Shown: positions 30,205 to 38,730 of the stretch, in pieces
Layout of the letters: each line of letters opens with the position of its first letter
Numbering within the stretch: position 1 is the stretch's first letter
From: Candidatus Adlerbacteria bacterium
GTDB taxonomy: Bacteria; Patescibacteriota; Minisyncoccia; Phycocordibacterales; SBAW01
NCBI GenBank assembly: GCA_963749085.1
Contig: CAVVLG010000002.1
Coordinates: forward strand, 155,093-219,092
DNA length: 64,000 bases
Reading direction: 5' to 3'
Notes under the pieces: generated by a model
The model's database searches: none
The model's input: the letters and a program-made list of their open reading frames with translations, nothing else
What the model was told of the DNA's origin: nothing
Made by a program: the position numbers and the translations under genes

Positions 30205-30506
30205 GGGTGTTTTTTGGGATTGACTTCCCACCAAAATTTTTTTGAGAAGTCGCGCGCCTGCTCGCACACGCTTTTGAGATAATAGAGGTCTTTGGTCGGA
30301 ATAGCGACCAAGATGCGCCCCATACGCGGCATGGTCAGCGAGGGAAGCCCGTCGCGCACGCGAGCGCGGTTGAGGTGTTCCATAAAATAGCGCATGAGCT
30401 CGCCGCGCTCGGTGGCGCGTTCTTTTTTGGCATTGGTTTTTGAAATATGGGCGCTGATGTGGTCCATGAACTCTGTTATTGTATAGTATCGGTATGAAGG
30501 ACCCAA
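30201..30506 (-). CDS. hypothetical protein (101 aa)
   Basis: ORF ending in a 4-nt overlap with the murA start. No family recognised. Confidence 0.4.
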   Translation of the reverse strand: MGPSYRYYTITEFMDHISAHISKTNAKKERATERGELMRYFMEHLNRARVRDGLPSLTMPRMGRILVAIPTKDLYYLKSVCEQARDFSKKFWWEVNPKKHP

Positions 30507-31033
30507 TAGTGCAGGCTGGATCGCCCATTTTGCGCGCGAAGGTCTTGTCTGTCGCTAAAAAAGACATCGGATCTCGAAAACTCAACGGCATTGTGAGGCA
30601 CATGAAAGAGACCCTCAAAAAAGAGAAGTTTGGCGTGGCAATAGCGGCCCCGCAGATAGGAGAGTCTCTGCGCCTGTTTGTCGTCTCAGGAAGGGCGTTC
30701 CAAACCGAAGATAAAGAGGAAGAAAAGTTGCCAGCGGACATGGTGTTTATCAACCCAGAGCTCACGCGCCTGTCGCGTACTAAAAAAGAAGTGACCGAAG
30801 GATGCCTATCGGTGCGGCATAAATACGGCAGCGTACTGCGCCACGAAAAAGCGGGCGTCAAAGCGCTCGACGAAAAAGGCCGCCCCTTTATCTACCACGG
30901 CTCGGGCCTCCTGGCGCAAATCTTTCAACACGAAGTTGATCATTTAAATGGCGTGTTGTACACCGATAGGGCGATAAAGCTCGTCGAGGACAAAGAGTGG
31001 GCACAGCTGAAAACAAAACGGGCGAAAAAATAA
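30479..31033 (+). CDS. def: peptide deformylase
   Basis: GVAIAAPQIG, EGCLSV and HEVDHLNG metal-binding motifs. Confidence 0.9.
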   Translation: MYSIGMKDPIVQAGSPILRAKVLSVAKKDIGSRKLNGIVRHMKETLKKEKFGVAIAAPQIGESLRLFVVSGRAFQTEDKEEEKLPADMVFINPELTRLSRTKKEVTEGCLSVRHKYGSVLRHEKAGVKALDEKGRPFIYHGSGLLAQIFQHEVDHLNGVLYTDRAIKLVEDKEWAQLKTKRAKK

Positions 31034-31034
31034 T

Positions 31035-31877
31035 ATGGCTCGTCCTCTTTTTGCATTTTTTGGCACGCCGCGATTTGCGGTATGCGTCCTTGACGCGCTT
31101 GAGGCGCACGACCTTCTGCCGACGCTCGTGGTATGCGCGCCCGACAAACCTCAGGGTCGCGGGCTTTTACTCACCCCCTGCCCCGCGAAACTGTGGGCGA
31201 ATGAGCGCGGCATAGATATCATGACTCCCGCGACACTGAAGGACGAGTCGCTTGCGGCCGAACTTATAAACAGCGAGTGGGATGTCTTCGCGGTCGCCGC
31301 ATACGCGAAATTAATTCCAAAAAAAGTTCTCGATATACCTCGGCACGGGTGTCTCAATGTTCATCCGTCATTGTTGCCGAAATTCCGCGGGCCCTCCCCT
31401 GCCCGTTCGGCGATATTGGCTGATGAAAGAGAAGCGGGGGTGTCGATAATGCAGATGGACGAGCAGATGGATCACGGCCCCATTGTGGCACAAGCGAAAG
31501 TAGAGCTTAAAGAAGAGGCATGGCCCCCGAAAGGATCACTATTTGAGGACCTGCTCGCGACTGAAGGAGGTAATCTGTTTGCGGAAGTCATGGAGCCGTG
31601 GATAGAGGGCGAGATATTGCCGGAAGTGCAGGATGAATCCAAGGCGACGTTCACCAAAAAATTTAGCGACGAAGACGCGCTCGTCGATATGAGCGGCGAC
31701 CCTCGGACGCAGCTGTTAAAAATCAGGGCGTTTGATAAAAATCCGCGGGCGCATTTTTTCGTGAATGGTATACGAGTCATCATCACTGAGGCCGCTATCA
31801 GAGACGGTTCATTGGCTATCTTGAGTGTTATCCCACAGGGTAAAAAAGAAATGCGCTATCGAGATTTTCGCGTTTAA
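31035..31877 (+). CDS. fmt: methionyl-tRNA formyltransferase
   Basis: Formyltransferase N-domain (CLNVHPSLLPKFRG) plus the C-terminal Fmt domain. Immediately follows def. Confidence 0.9.
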   Translation: MARPLFAFFGTPRFAVCVLDALEAHDLLPTLVVCAPDKPQGRGLLLTPCPAKLWANERGIDIMTPATLKDESLAAELINSEWDVFAVAAYAKLIPKKVLDIPRHGCLNVHPSLLPKFRGPSPARSAILADEREAGVSIMQMDEQMDHGPIVAQAKVELKEEAWPPKGSLFEDLLATEGGNLFAEVMEPWIEGEILPEVQDESKATFTKKFSDEDALVDMSGDPRTQLLKIRAFDKNPRAHFFVNGIRVIITEAAIRDGSLAILSVIPQGKKEMRYRDFRV

Positions 31878-32236
31878 ACGTCCTTCCTCCAGCCCCGCAG
31901 AAACTCTTTGACGCGCAGCGCGCTGTGGCGAAAGATATGGAGGCGCTTTTTTTTGCTGCGGGAAAGCTCTCCGAGAAGCTCCCCCTCCGCAAGGTCTATC
32001 ACCTCGTGGAGGCTGCCGCCTCGTGCTTCGGCGCGCAGCGGTTTATTGCCAGGATCGCGAATAGTGAATTCGGCGCGGTAGGTACGCGCCTCGCCGCGCA
32101 AAAACTCCAATTCAACATCGGCGCGAGCGGCTTCTTTATCCATCAAAAATTTATCGAGCGATGAAAGCCGCTTCTCAAGATATTCCCTGATCTCCGCAGT
32201 TATGGAGAGCTCGGTACCCTTGAGGTTGTAATGCAT
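31874..32236 (-). CDS. hpf: ribosome hibernation promoting factor / RaiA
   Basis: 120 aa. N-terminus MHYNLKGTELSITAEIREYLEKRL matches the sigma54-modulation/YfiA family. Confidence 0.8.
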   Translation of the reverse strand: MHYNLKGTELSITAEIREYLEKRLSSLDKFLMDKEAARADVELEFLRGEARTYRAEFTIRDPGNKPLRAEARGGSLHEVIDLAEGELLGELSRSKKKRLHIFRHSALRVKEFLRGWRKDV

Positions 32237-32320
32237 GTCTCTCTGAGTATATCAAACTGCCTTCTCAAAAGAGCATATATTCGCTATTATCTCCTTATAT
32301 TCCCAAAGGAATATGCATAT

Positions 32321-32392
32321 TCCGCGGTAGCTCAATGGTAGAGCAGCTCCCTGTTAAGGAGTTGGTTGTAGGTTCGAGTCCTACCCGCGGAG
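32321..32392 (+). tRNA. tRNA-Asn (anticodon GUU)
   Basis: TCCGCGG/CCGCGGA acceptor, GCTC-AATGGTA-GAGC D-arm, anticodon loop CTGTTAA, GTAGG-TTCGAGT-CCTAC T-arm and discriminator G. CCA is not encoded. Confidence 0.85.
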
Positions 32393-32497
32393 CTTAATTT
32401 GACAGGTATGAGTGCTCGTGTTAAATAATAGAAAGACTTCGAGTTATTTAAACCCGTTTCTCTAATTCTAAACCACGCGCCAAAGGACGCTTGAGTA

Positions 32498-32848
32498 ATG
32501 CCGATGATTAAGGTTTGGTGTCTTCCCGATGATCTCACCGAAGGAGAGCTTCGCGAAATTCATCAGGACATCGTGAAAGCCGCCATGAGCGTCGAGGTGC
32601 TCGGCTTTAAGGGTGAGGAAGATATGCTCACTCTTTTCCCAAAGGACATGATGACCTACGGTCTTGGGACCGAGATCGCCATCGAAGTAACCGAGCTCTG
32701 GGACAAGCCGGAACGGACTGATGAAGTTCGTGCGGAGCTCGCGAAACAACTCGGCGAGGCGGTCAGCAAGCACTTCCCCACGGCCAAAGTGATGTGCTAC
32801 ATCACTCCCTTCAGTCAACGACAAGGTTTCTGGATGAAGGGTTGGTAG
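32498..32848 (+). CDS. hypothetical protein (116 aa), possibly tautomerase/MIF-like
   Basis: Begins MPMIKVW (Pro after the initiator Met, as in tautomerase-superfamily proteins). Length similar to MIF. Weak call. Confidence 0.3.
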   Translation: MPMIKVWCLPDDLTEGELREIHQDIVKAAMSVEVLGFKGEEDMLTLFPKDMMTYGLGTEIAIEVTELWDKPERTDEVRAELAKQLGEAVSKHFPTAKVMCYITPFSQRQGFWMKGW

Positions 32849-32912
32849 AACTAGGCCACGCATTCTCGAAAGAGGGTGCGTGGCTCTTGCTTTTATATGG
32901 AGGCCAATCGAG

Positions 32913-33590
32913 TTACCACTCCCGTTTCTTTCCAAACTTCCAAAAATTCCCAGAGGCGCTGTTGCTCGTTGCGAGCCGATAAATATCCTCGGCTGCCTGC
33001 TCGGGTTCTCGATCTGGTTTATCAGTTTCCGTCGCAACGGCCATTCCCATATCCGTTTTCACCCAACCTGGATCAAGTGACGAAACGATAATCCCTTTCT
33101 CTTCTAGATGGAGCGCAAGGACCCGGGTGTACATATTTAGGGCCGCCTTACTCATGCGATACCCAGCGGAGGTCTGATCGTCTATGAGGAAAGAGAAGGA
33201 GCCATATACCGAATCAATATTGATGATGTGTGCTCCGCGATCCATCAAAGGTAGAAGATGGTTAGTGAGATCGATGGTTCCAAACAGATTTACCTCGAAT
33301 GTCTGTCGTATTTTATTCAGGTCAATCGTCGAATCGTGATTGTCCTTGATGATCCCCGCATTGTTCACGAGAACGTCCACGCTCGGACATACCCGCTTAA
33401 TATCCTGGGCAGCTCTCTCGATGTCCTTGGGAGATGAAAGATCGAGTTTTATTGAGATCAGCTGCTCGGATGTCAGCGGAATGGCGGTGTTGTTATACGT
33501 CCCGACTACCTTCCATCCGTTTGCAAGGAAGACCTTGGCGGTGGCCAATCCTATTCCCCGGCTAGCGCCCGTAATGACCGCAGTTTTCAT
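32913..33590 (-). CDS. short-chain dehydrogenase/reductase
   Basis: TGASRGIG Rossmann motif, NNAG, and the catalytic YRMSK (YxxxK). Confidence 0.85.
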   Translation of the reverse strand: MKTAVITGASRGIGLATAKVFLANGWKVVGTYNNTAIPLTSEQLISIKLDLSSPKDIERAAQDIKRVCPSVDVLVNNAGIIKDNHDSTIDLNKIRQTFEVNLFGTIDLTNHLLPLMDRGAHIINIDSVYGSFSFLIDDQTSAGYRMSKAALNMYTRVLALHLEEKGIIVSSLDPGWVKTDMGMAVATETDKPDREPEQAAEDIYRLATSNSASGNFWKFGKKREW

Positions 33591-33674
33591 GTCTCAAGCA
33601 TAGCAGACCAGGTTCTAGACTCCCCTATCCAACTCAGCTGCCCCAACTCCCTTTCAATCTGCGCCCAGTTTAGA

Positions 33675-33719
33675 GTTCTGAACTTGACCGCGTGGCGGAG
33701 CCATGTTCTGAACTTGTCC
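33675..33719 (+). repeat. pair of 15-bp direct repeats GTTCTGAACTTG(A/T)CC spaced 30 bp, with GGAGCC between
   Basis: 33675..33689 and 33705..33719. The same bipartite module recurs at 34775..34819. Confidence 0.75.
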
Positions 33720-33836
33720 AACCAGTTTTTGAATGCAAGAATTTCATAGACTTTTTCAAAAAATGTGATAATGTTTTGGCGGATGTTCGCATCCGTCTAT
33801 CAACCCAAATTGGCCCAGCGGGTCAGGAGGTGAGAC

Positions 33837-34667
33837 GTGAATACACAGCTCCAAGCAATGGTTGACGTTGCGGTAGACGATTCCCGAGGTTTAGGGGCGA
33901 TTGGAACTTTGCCGAAAGCCCAAGCAGTCCTGCGCAGATTAATAGGAGTCTTGAGGCCGGAGGAATTGCTCGAGCGTATCCTTCACTCTCCGCTTCAAGC
34001 TGCTTTAATCAAAGCCCTTCCCAATCTTGTCGGCACTACCTCGGTTCAGTTGCGCCCCTATGTGGACGCAATGCTTAACTGGAACGACGAGAATGCTGAG
34101 TGGGAACTCGACTCACACCACGCACTTGCAGCGGCATACTGGCAAGCAGTAGTGCTTGAGCGCATCACGCTCAGGGATTACCGGCGAGCTTGGGATGAAA
34201 TCCGACGGGCATATCGAGGGTTTCAATCTCAAGAAGACTCAAGCTTTGGCGACCCCAACCGAACTCCTACCGATGAGGTGCTCTGCGGTGGCCCGTCTGA
34301 AATGGCGGCGACTTCCGAAGTCGTTGAAAATCTCGTCATCGAACTTTACTCGAAGATGTTGGTGGAAAGGCTGGTACCGGCGGTAAGCAGTACGCCGGTG
34401 CAGGTCGATGACTACGAGAAGCACACCGTCTACCGTGTTCAGAAGCGGGAAGGCAAGCAAACCAAACCCGCCAATTACACAAGCCACAAGCCAGTGCCTG
34501 GCATCGGGTTTGCGAAAGCAGTGGGCAACACAATCAGCGGCTATGATCGGATAGGCCAGATGGTCCTCGCTCTAGCTCGATACGCTTCCTCTGGCCGCAA
34601 CAAGAAGCGGCTAAGGCAACAGAAGCGGGCGTTCGAGAATGCCGTGGCTTCATATCGGCGCCACTGA
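33837..34667 (+). CDS. hypothetical protein (276 aa)
   Basis: GTG start with AGGAGG 6 nt upstream. Followed by a hairpin terminator at 34689..34723. No family recognised. Confidence 0.4.
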   Translation: MNTQLQAMVDVAVDDSRGLGAIGTLPKAQAVLRRLIGVLRPEELLERILHSPLQAALIKALPNLVGTTSVQLRPYVDAMLNWNDENAEWELDSHHALAAAYWQAVVLERITLRDYRRAWDEIRRAYRGFQSQEDSSFGDPNRTPTDEVLCGGPSEMAATSEVVENLVIELYSKMLVERLVPAVSSTPVQVDDYEKHTVYRVQKREGKQTKPANYTSHKPVPGIGFAKAVGNTISGYDRIGQMVLALARYASSGRNKKRLRQQKRAFENAVASYRRH

Positions 34668-34688
34668 GTGCAGATCCCATAATCTTCG

Positions 34689-34723
34689 ACGGCACGACCC
34701 ATCAGGGCCGTGCCGTTTCTTTT
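34689..34723 (+). terminator. rho-independent terminator
   Basis: CGGCACG-loop-CGTGCCG followed by TTTCTTTTT. Confidence 0.65.
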
Positions 34724-34774
34724 TACATAAACCCCAACACCGCAACCTCTTTCGCGATAATCCTCCAATCCAAA

Positions 34775-34819
34775 GTTCTGAACACGTCCAAGGAGGGGAG
34801 CCCTGTTCTGAACTTGTCC
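34775..34819 (+). repeat. second bipartite GTTCTGAAC(ACG/TTG)TCC - GGGAGCC - GTTCTGAACTTGTCC module
   Basis: 34775..34789 and 34805..34819, with the same 30-bp offset as at 33675. Confidence 0.75.
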
Positions 34820-34851
34820 AAGCGGCCCCCTCCAGGGAGGGGTAATGTATA

Positions 34852-34887
34852 ATTTTAAAAAGCGACCATCGAAAAAAACGATGGTCG
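34852..34887 (-). terminator. rho-independent terminator of the minus-strand ORF
   Basis: GCGACCATCG-A7-CGATGGTCGC with a T-run on the minus strand. Confidence 0.6.
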
Positions 34888-34922
34888 CTACTACTGGGGA
34901 AACAAAGCAAGAATCCAGACTG

Positions 34923-35318
34923 TCAATTGCGCCAGCCGTCGCCGGCAAAGATGCCGTCATTGTGGGGCCGGTTGACGTTCTGTGAGACATCACCGCGAGT
35001 TGGGAGCGGACTGGGCTCGGCTTTTTTTGTGCCACGTTTCTTGCGCAGTGCCTTTTCTTCTGCGAGAAGCTTTGAAAGCGCTTCTTCGACACACTGTTCA
35101 TCCTCCATGTCGAGTTGTTTTGCGCGGACCCTGATGAGTTGCCGCCAACTTTTGTGGTTTCGCGGGATTATGCTGGCACACACCAGTGCCAAGTGGGTGT
35201 AGAAGATAAGTCGCCGTTGCCCTAGGTCCGCAGAGAGCAATATGAATTTCTGCCCGAGTTCCCGCATCGCGGCGATGTGATAGGGCCGCGGTTTCTTGGA
35301 TTTTGTGGCCTGTGCCAT
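34923..35318 (-). CDS. hypothetical protein (131 aa)
   Basis: Basic and coiled-coil rich ORF. Two adjacent hairpins lie in its 5' region (35335..35385). Confidence 0.4.
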   Translation of the reverse strand: MAQATKSKKPRPYHIAAMRELGQKFILLSADLGQRRLIFYTHLALVCASIIPRNHKSWRQLIRVRAKQLDMEDEQCVEEALSKLLAEEKALRKKRGTKKAEPSPLPTRGDVSQNVNRPHNDGIFAGDGWRN

Positions 35319-35482
35319 GCCTGCCTCGTTAGTAAGAGCTACTCGTTGTTAAAACGAGGCTCCACGTTATGGAGCCGCAAGAGTATATCATAAAAATCGA
35401 TTATCTCAATACTGTCACGAAAAATGAGGTATTCTTAATTATAAATAAGTGCATTTCCTCCTCAATTTGCCTCCAATTCAGC

Positions 35483-35497
35483 GTTCTGAACTTGTCC
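35483..35497 (+). repeat. GTTCTGAACTTGTCC repeat (single copy) followed by GGAGCC and TTGACT
   Basis: Same 15-mer as at 33705 and 34805. Lies about 95 bp upstream of the 35590 ORF. Confidence 0.7.
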
Positions 35498-35589
35498 TTG
35501 TAGCGGAGCCAGCTATTGACTCAATTTATTTTAAATGTTAAAGAGGTAACAGAAGTACTGCTTCTAAATTCAATATATGGAGGTGCGCA

Positions 35590-36828
35590 ATGGAAGACAT
35601 TGCATCACAACGTCTGCAAGCGGCGCTTAACTATTGGAAATCGGCCTGCTGGCTTCTGGAAGCAAAACTTAGACTTCAGTCTCCGGAATATAAGCTTGTC
35701 GCCCAATCGGATATTATCCCTCCCCAGCTCTATAGGTGGAGGAACTTCGATCACACTGTGTTCGACAACACGGTACAGGAATTGAAGCCAAGCGAATGGG
35801 GCACACCGGACTCGGCAAAAGGCGATCTGAAGGATTTCGATGAGGTCTGTGAGTTTCCTTTCGAATTCTTTCAGTGGAGTCGTAAGTCGCGCCGGGTTTT
35901 CCATCTTCCGGAAGGTCTTACACGGACGCTCATCATGGCGACCTACCCCGAGGTCTTGTGGGAAGATGTCCTATTTCCCTTCGAAAGTTTCGTAATAACT
36001 CTTGACAGGAATATTGGAGAGAGCGATTACGACGGAGAAATGGGCTCTGTTGCCAATAAAGCGGATGCGCTCCTCGTATCAAAAAGTCCTGGAGGTTCAA
36101 AAAGCCCTGGGGGTATCACAATACAGATATTGAACGAAAACACGCCACTTCATAATGTCGTGACGGAAGAGGCACAACACCGCTTTGAGGTCATGCTGAG
36201 GAGAGGTAAAGATAAAGCAACATCTTTTCTCGAGAAGATCGAGAATAGATGGCGCGATAGCTACTCTTTTCCTCCCCTGTGGCTACGCTTCTTGCTGTGT
36301 CGTAATGGGACTTCTCCCCAATCGCGAGTAGGGTTGGAACCAGAGGACCTTCTTGAATTAATCAATCCTTCCGAACGAGAACTTTTCAAAGGAAAAGAAA
36401 AAGACTCGTACGAATGGGACGTTCTTCTGGGAACCTGCAGCGATGCGGCGAAAATTGTAGTCGGATGGTGTCTCTACCTACAGACCCTTTCCACTACGGA
36501 TGTGGCATGGAAGGCACAAGAACGTGTCAAACGGATCCGGGGAACCCGCGGTGCGACTGGCATCATTACGCAGGTGGACCATATCTGCACGGTGCTTGGT
36601 AAGGCTCGTCTAGATCCCTCAACCTACGGGGTACGAGAAAGCCCAAGACAATCTTCTGGCTTCTTCAAGCGACCGCACTGGCGCAGGGCTCATAAGAAGC
36701 GTCCCAACCGGACACCACTTAGTACGCCAAAGACAATCAAGGTTCCACCTCGGTTAATCCGGAAGGATCTGGTTCCCTTTTTCGGTATCATTGGCGGAAC
36801 AAAGACGGAAGTGCTCCCTGAGGAATAG
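35590..36828 (+). CDS. hypothetical protein (412 aa)
   Basis: GGAGGTG 5 nt upstream of the ATG. Hairpin terminator at 36855..36885. No family recognised. Confidence 0.45.
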   Translation: MEDIASQRLQAALNYWKSACWLLEAKLRLQSPEYKLVAQSDIIPPQLYRWRNFDHTVFDNTVQELKPSEWGTPDSAKGDLKDFDEVCEFPFEFFQWSRKSRRVFHLPEGLTRTLIMATYPEVLWEDVLFPFESFVITLDRNIGESDYDGEMGSVANKADALLVSKSPGGSKSPGGITIQILNENTPLHNVVTEEAQHRFEVMLRRGKDKATSFLEKIENRWRDSYSFPPLWLRFLLCRNGTSPQSRVGLEPEDLLELINPSERELFKGKEKDSYEWDVLLGTCSDAAKIVVGWCLYLQTLSTTDVAWKAQERVKRIRGTRGATGIITQVDHICTVLGKARLDPSTYGVRESPRQSSGFFKRPHWRRAHKKRPNRTPLSTPKTIKVPPRLIRKDLVPFFGIIGGTKTEVLPEE

Positions 36829-37006
36829 ATAGACGGAGTAACGAGGTCCCTATAAGCGACTTCCTACGGGGAGTCGCTTTTTTCTTTCCTTACTTCCCTG
36901 CCAACTATGTTTCCAAAATAAGAAATGGCGGACACAAAATTTCGAACTGCTCCTCTATTTCCTTCCAGTTCAGCGTTCTATAGGCGGACAATAGGGGGAG
37001 CTTGAC

Positions 37007-37035
37007 TTGACAGATATTCGAATACGTGATACATA
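37007..37035 (+). promoter_or_regulatory. sigma70-like promoter (TTGACA-17-TACATA) with a conserved downstream leader
   Basis: Near-identical promoter and about 45-nt leader recur at 38496..38570 upstream of the transposase remnant. Confidence 0.5.
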
Positions 37036-37099
37036 AGTAAAAGAATTCGGACTTTGTAATCCGTCTTCCCTTCCATTCTAACGCACACAGGAGGTGGCC

Positions 37100-37699
37100 A
37101 TGCCACCATATGCTAATGCATATCTGAAACTCAATCCGCGAGATACCCTCGATTGGATAAAGTTGCAAAGAATAATGAGTTCGGACATTCCGGACCACCT
37201 ACGCCAGGAGATAGTAAATCACTGTCATGGTTTATTAAATCCTCGCGACACCCTTGATTACATAAAGTTAAACAAACTGACCCAATATCAAAGGGGTGGA
37301 AGAGGCAACGGGGGTAACGCTGCGGCATCCCCGGTAATAGATCGACAGATAGTGTCTCTACAAGGGCAAATCACAAGCTTGCACCGGAAGCTCCGCGAGA
37401 AGGATGCGAGAATAGTTGCTCTTGAAAAAGACGTCCGCTGGGCCGCAGGGGAAATAGTACGGCATATACGTGAAAAGGTGGAACTGCAATCACATCCTCA
37501 CCATAATCATTCTTCCCCACTGAAACCGGAAGAGTTTCTAAGGGATATAAAGCGGCGCGGATTATCACAGGCGGAGCATGTGATGAACGGTAAGAGTATC
37601 CCGGCTGGTCAAAGTCGGAAACATGCCGTGCATATGCGGGCCGTGCACCTGATCCACGAAGCGATAAACGAGCTAGTCCGAGAGGCTCGTAAGCTCTGA
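37100..37699 (+). CDS. hypothetical protein (200 aa) with internal NPRDTLD(W/Y)IKL repeat
   Basis: AGGAGG 5 nt upstream of ATG 37100. Two copies of LNPRDTLDxIKL. Terminator 37692..37726. Confidence 0.45.
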   Translation: MPPYANAYLKLNPRDTLDWIKLQRIMSSDIPDHLRQEIVNHCHGLLNPRDTLDYIKLNKLTQYQRGGRGNGGNAAASPVIDRQIVSLQGQITSLHRKLREKDARIVALEKDVRWAAGEIVRHIREKVELQSHPHHNHSSPLKPEEFLRDIKRRGLSQAEHVMNGKSIPAGQSRKHAVHMRAVHLIHEAINELVREARKL

Positions 37700-37924
37700 C
37701 CACTGTTGGTCGGAGCTTTTTTCTTTCCCGATATTGACTCTGTAAAAAATATGCTGTATTCTGCCTTTGGATTGTTGGGAGGAATACATGTTCCAAGAAC
37801 AATTCGGTCAAGTGGACGCTAAACACAGGAGTGGAAAATGAGCGATAGTCTAACGGATTTCTTTCTTTTCTCTGCTCCCCACTAATTCATTGACCATAGG
37901 AAAACATATCTATATATTTCTAGG

Positions 37925-38065
37925 TATGGGAACTCGACAATGAGGCCCTCAGGCGTCGCGTCGACTGGGTTCGCGACCCTCTTGGACAGTCTGTTGGCGG
38001 GGTAAACGCCCACCAAGACAAGACGCCTCCAAACATCAGGCCGTCTCATGTGGACGGCCTTTTTC
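37925..38065 (+). ncRNA. candidate small RNA / micro-ORF transcript (about 140 nt)
   Basis: TTGACC(37890)-17-TATATT(37913) promoter, an internally structured region (GTCGCG...CGCGAC) and an intrinsic terminator GGCCGTC-N7-GACGGCC+TTTTT at 38038..38068. Contains only 5- and 21-codon ORFs. Confidence 0.3.
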
Positions 38066-38172
38066 TTTCACCTACTTCCCCACCACAAACTATAGTGAGT
38101 CACACGGTCGGGAACAATCGGTGGTAGAATGAGGCGAAGGCCGTCCATTCACCGGATCAATACTTATTACTA

Positions 38173-38346
38173 TGAACTCTCCATACGTTGTAGCAGTCGT
38201 CGTCGTGCTGTTGGTTACCGTCGTAGTCAGCGTGGATCTTCTGTTTTTCAGATACCACTTCTGGGAACGGCTGATCGCGAATGTAGGAATTGTCCTTGTA
38301 TTCTTAGCATTCTCCTTGAGATTCCTGAAGTGATGAACCCGCTCGT
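38173..38346 (+). CDS. hypothetical 57-aa hydrophobic peptide (two predicted TM segments)
   Basis: ATG ORF MNSPYVVAVVVVLLVTVVVSVDLLFFRYHFWERLIANVGIVLVFLAFSLRFLK. Below the 60-aa cutoff of the ORF track. Confidence 0.3.
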
Positions 38347-38730
38347 TTTTCTTATCCTCAATCTCGGGTGGGTAAACAATCAATAGACTAAGTCTGCTCT
38401 GTGGTCGTAGGTCTGGGACGTAAATATATATCTTTCCTTCCTCTCCAAAATGGTTCTAACGTTGTGCACGGTGCGGAGCCATCCATCGACAGGTATTTGA
38501 CAGGTATTTTTAATACGTGATATACAAGCAAAAGACTCCGGACTTTGTAATTCGTTTCCTCCAACATCCTATCGCGCCTGAAAGGACGCTGGGCCAATGA
38601 CGATACCACAACAACTTATTGAATTCTGGACGTGGGTGCGTGTCCAATTCTTTGAGTTAATGGAAAAAATATCAGGCTGATTTCGTGATACCATGGCTTT
38701 ACTGCAAGCTAATTTGCATACAAACTAACT

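Noticed and set aside
28915-30861. 648-aa ORF covering murA plus a 219-codon upstream extension
   Set aside because: The extension has no homology-like features, overlaps the convergent hypothetical gene, and a MurA N-terminus (MNEPERFVVEG) begins at an internal ATG at 30204. The extension is an artefact of the lack of stops in GC-rich sequence.
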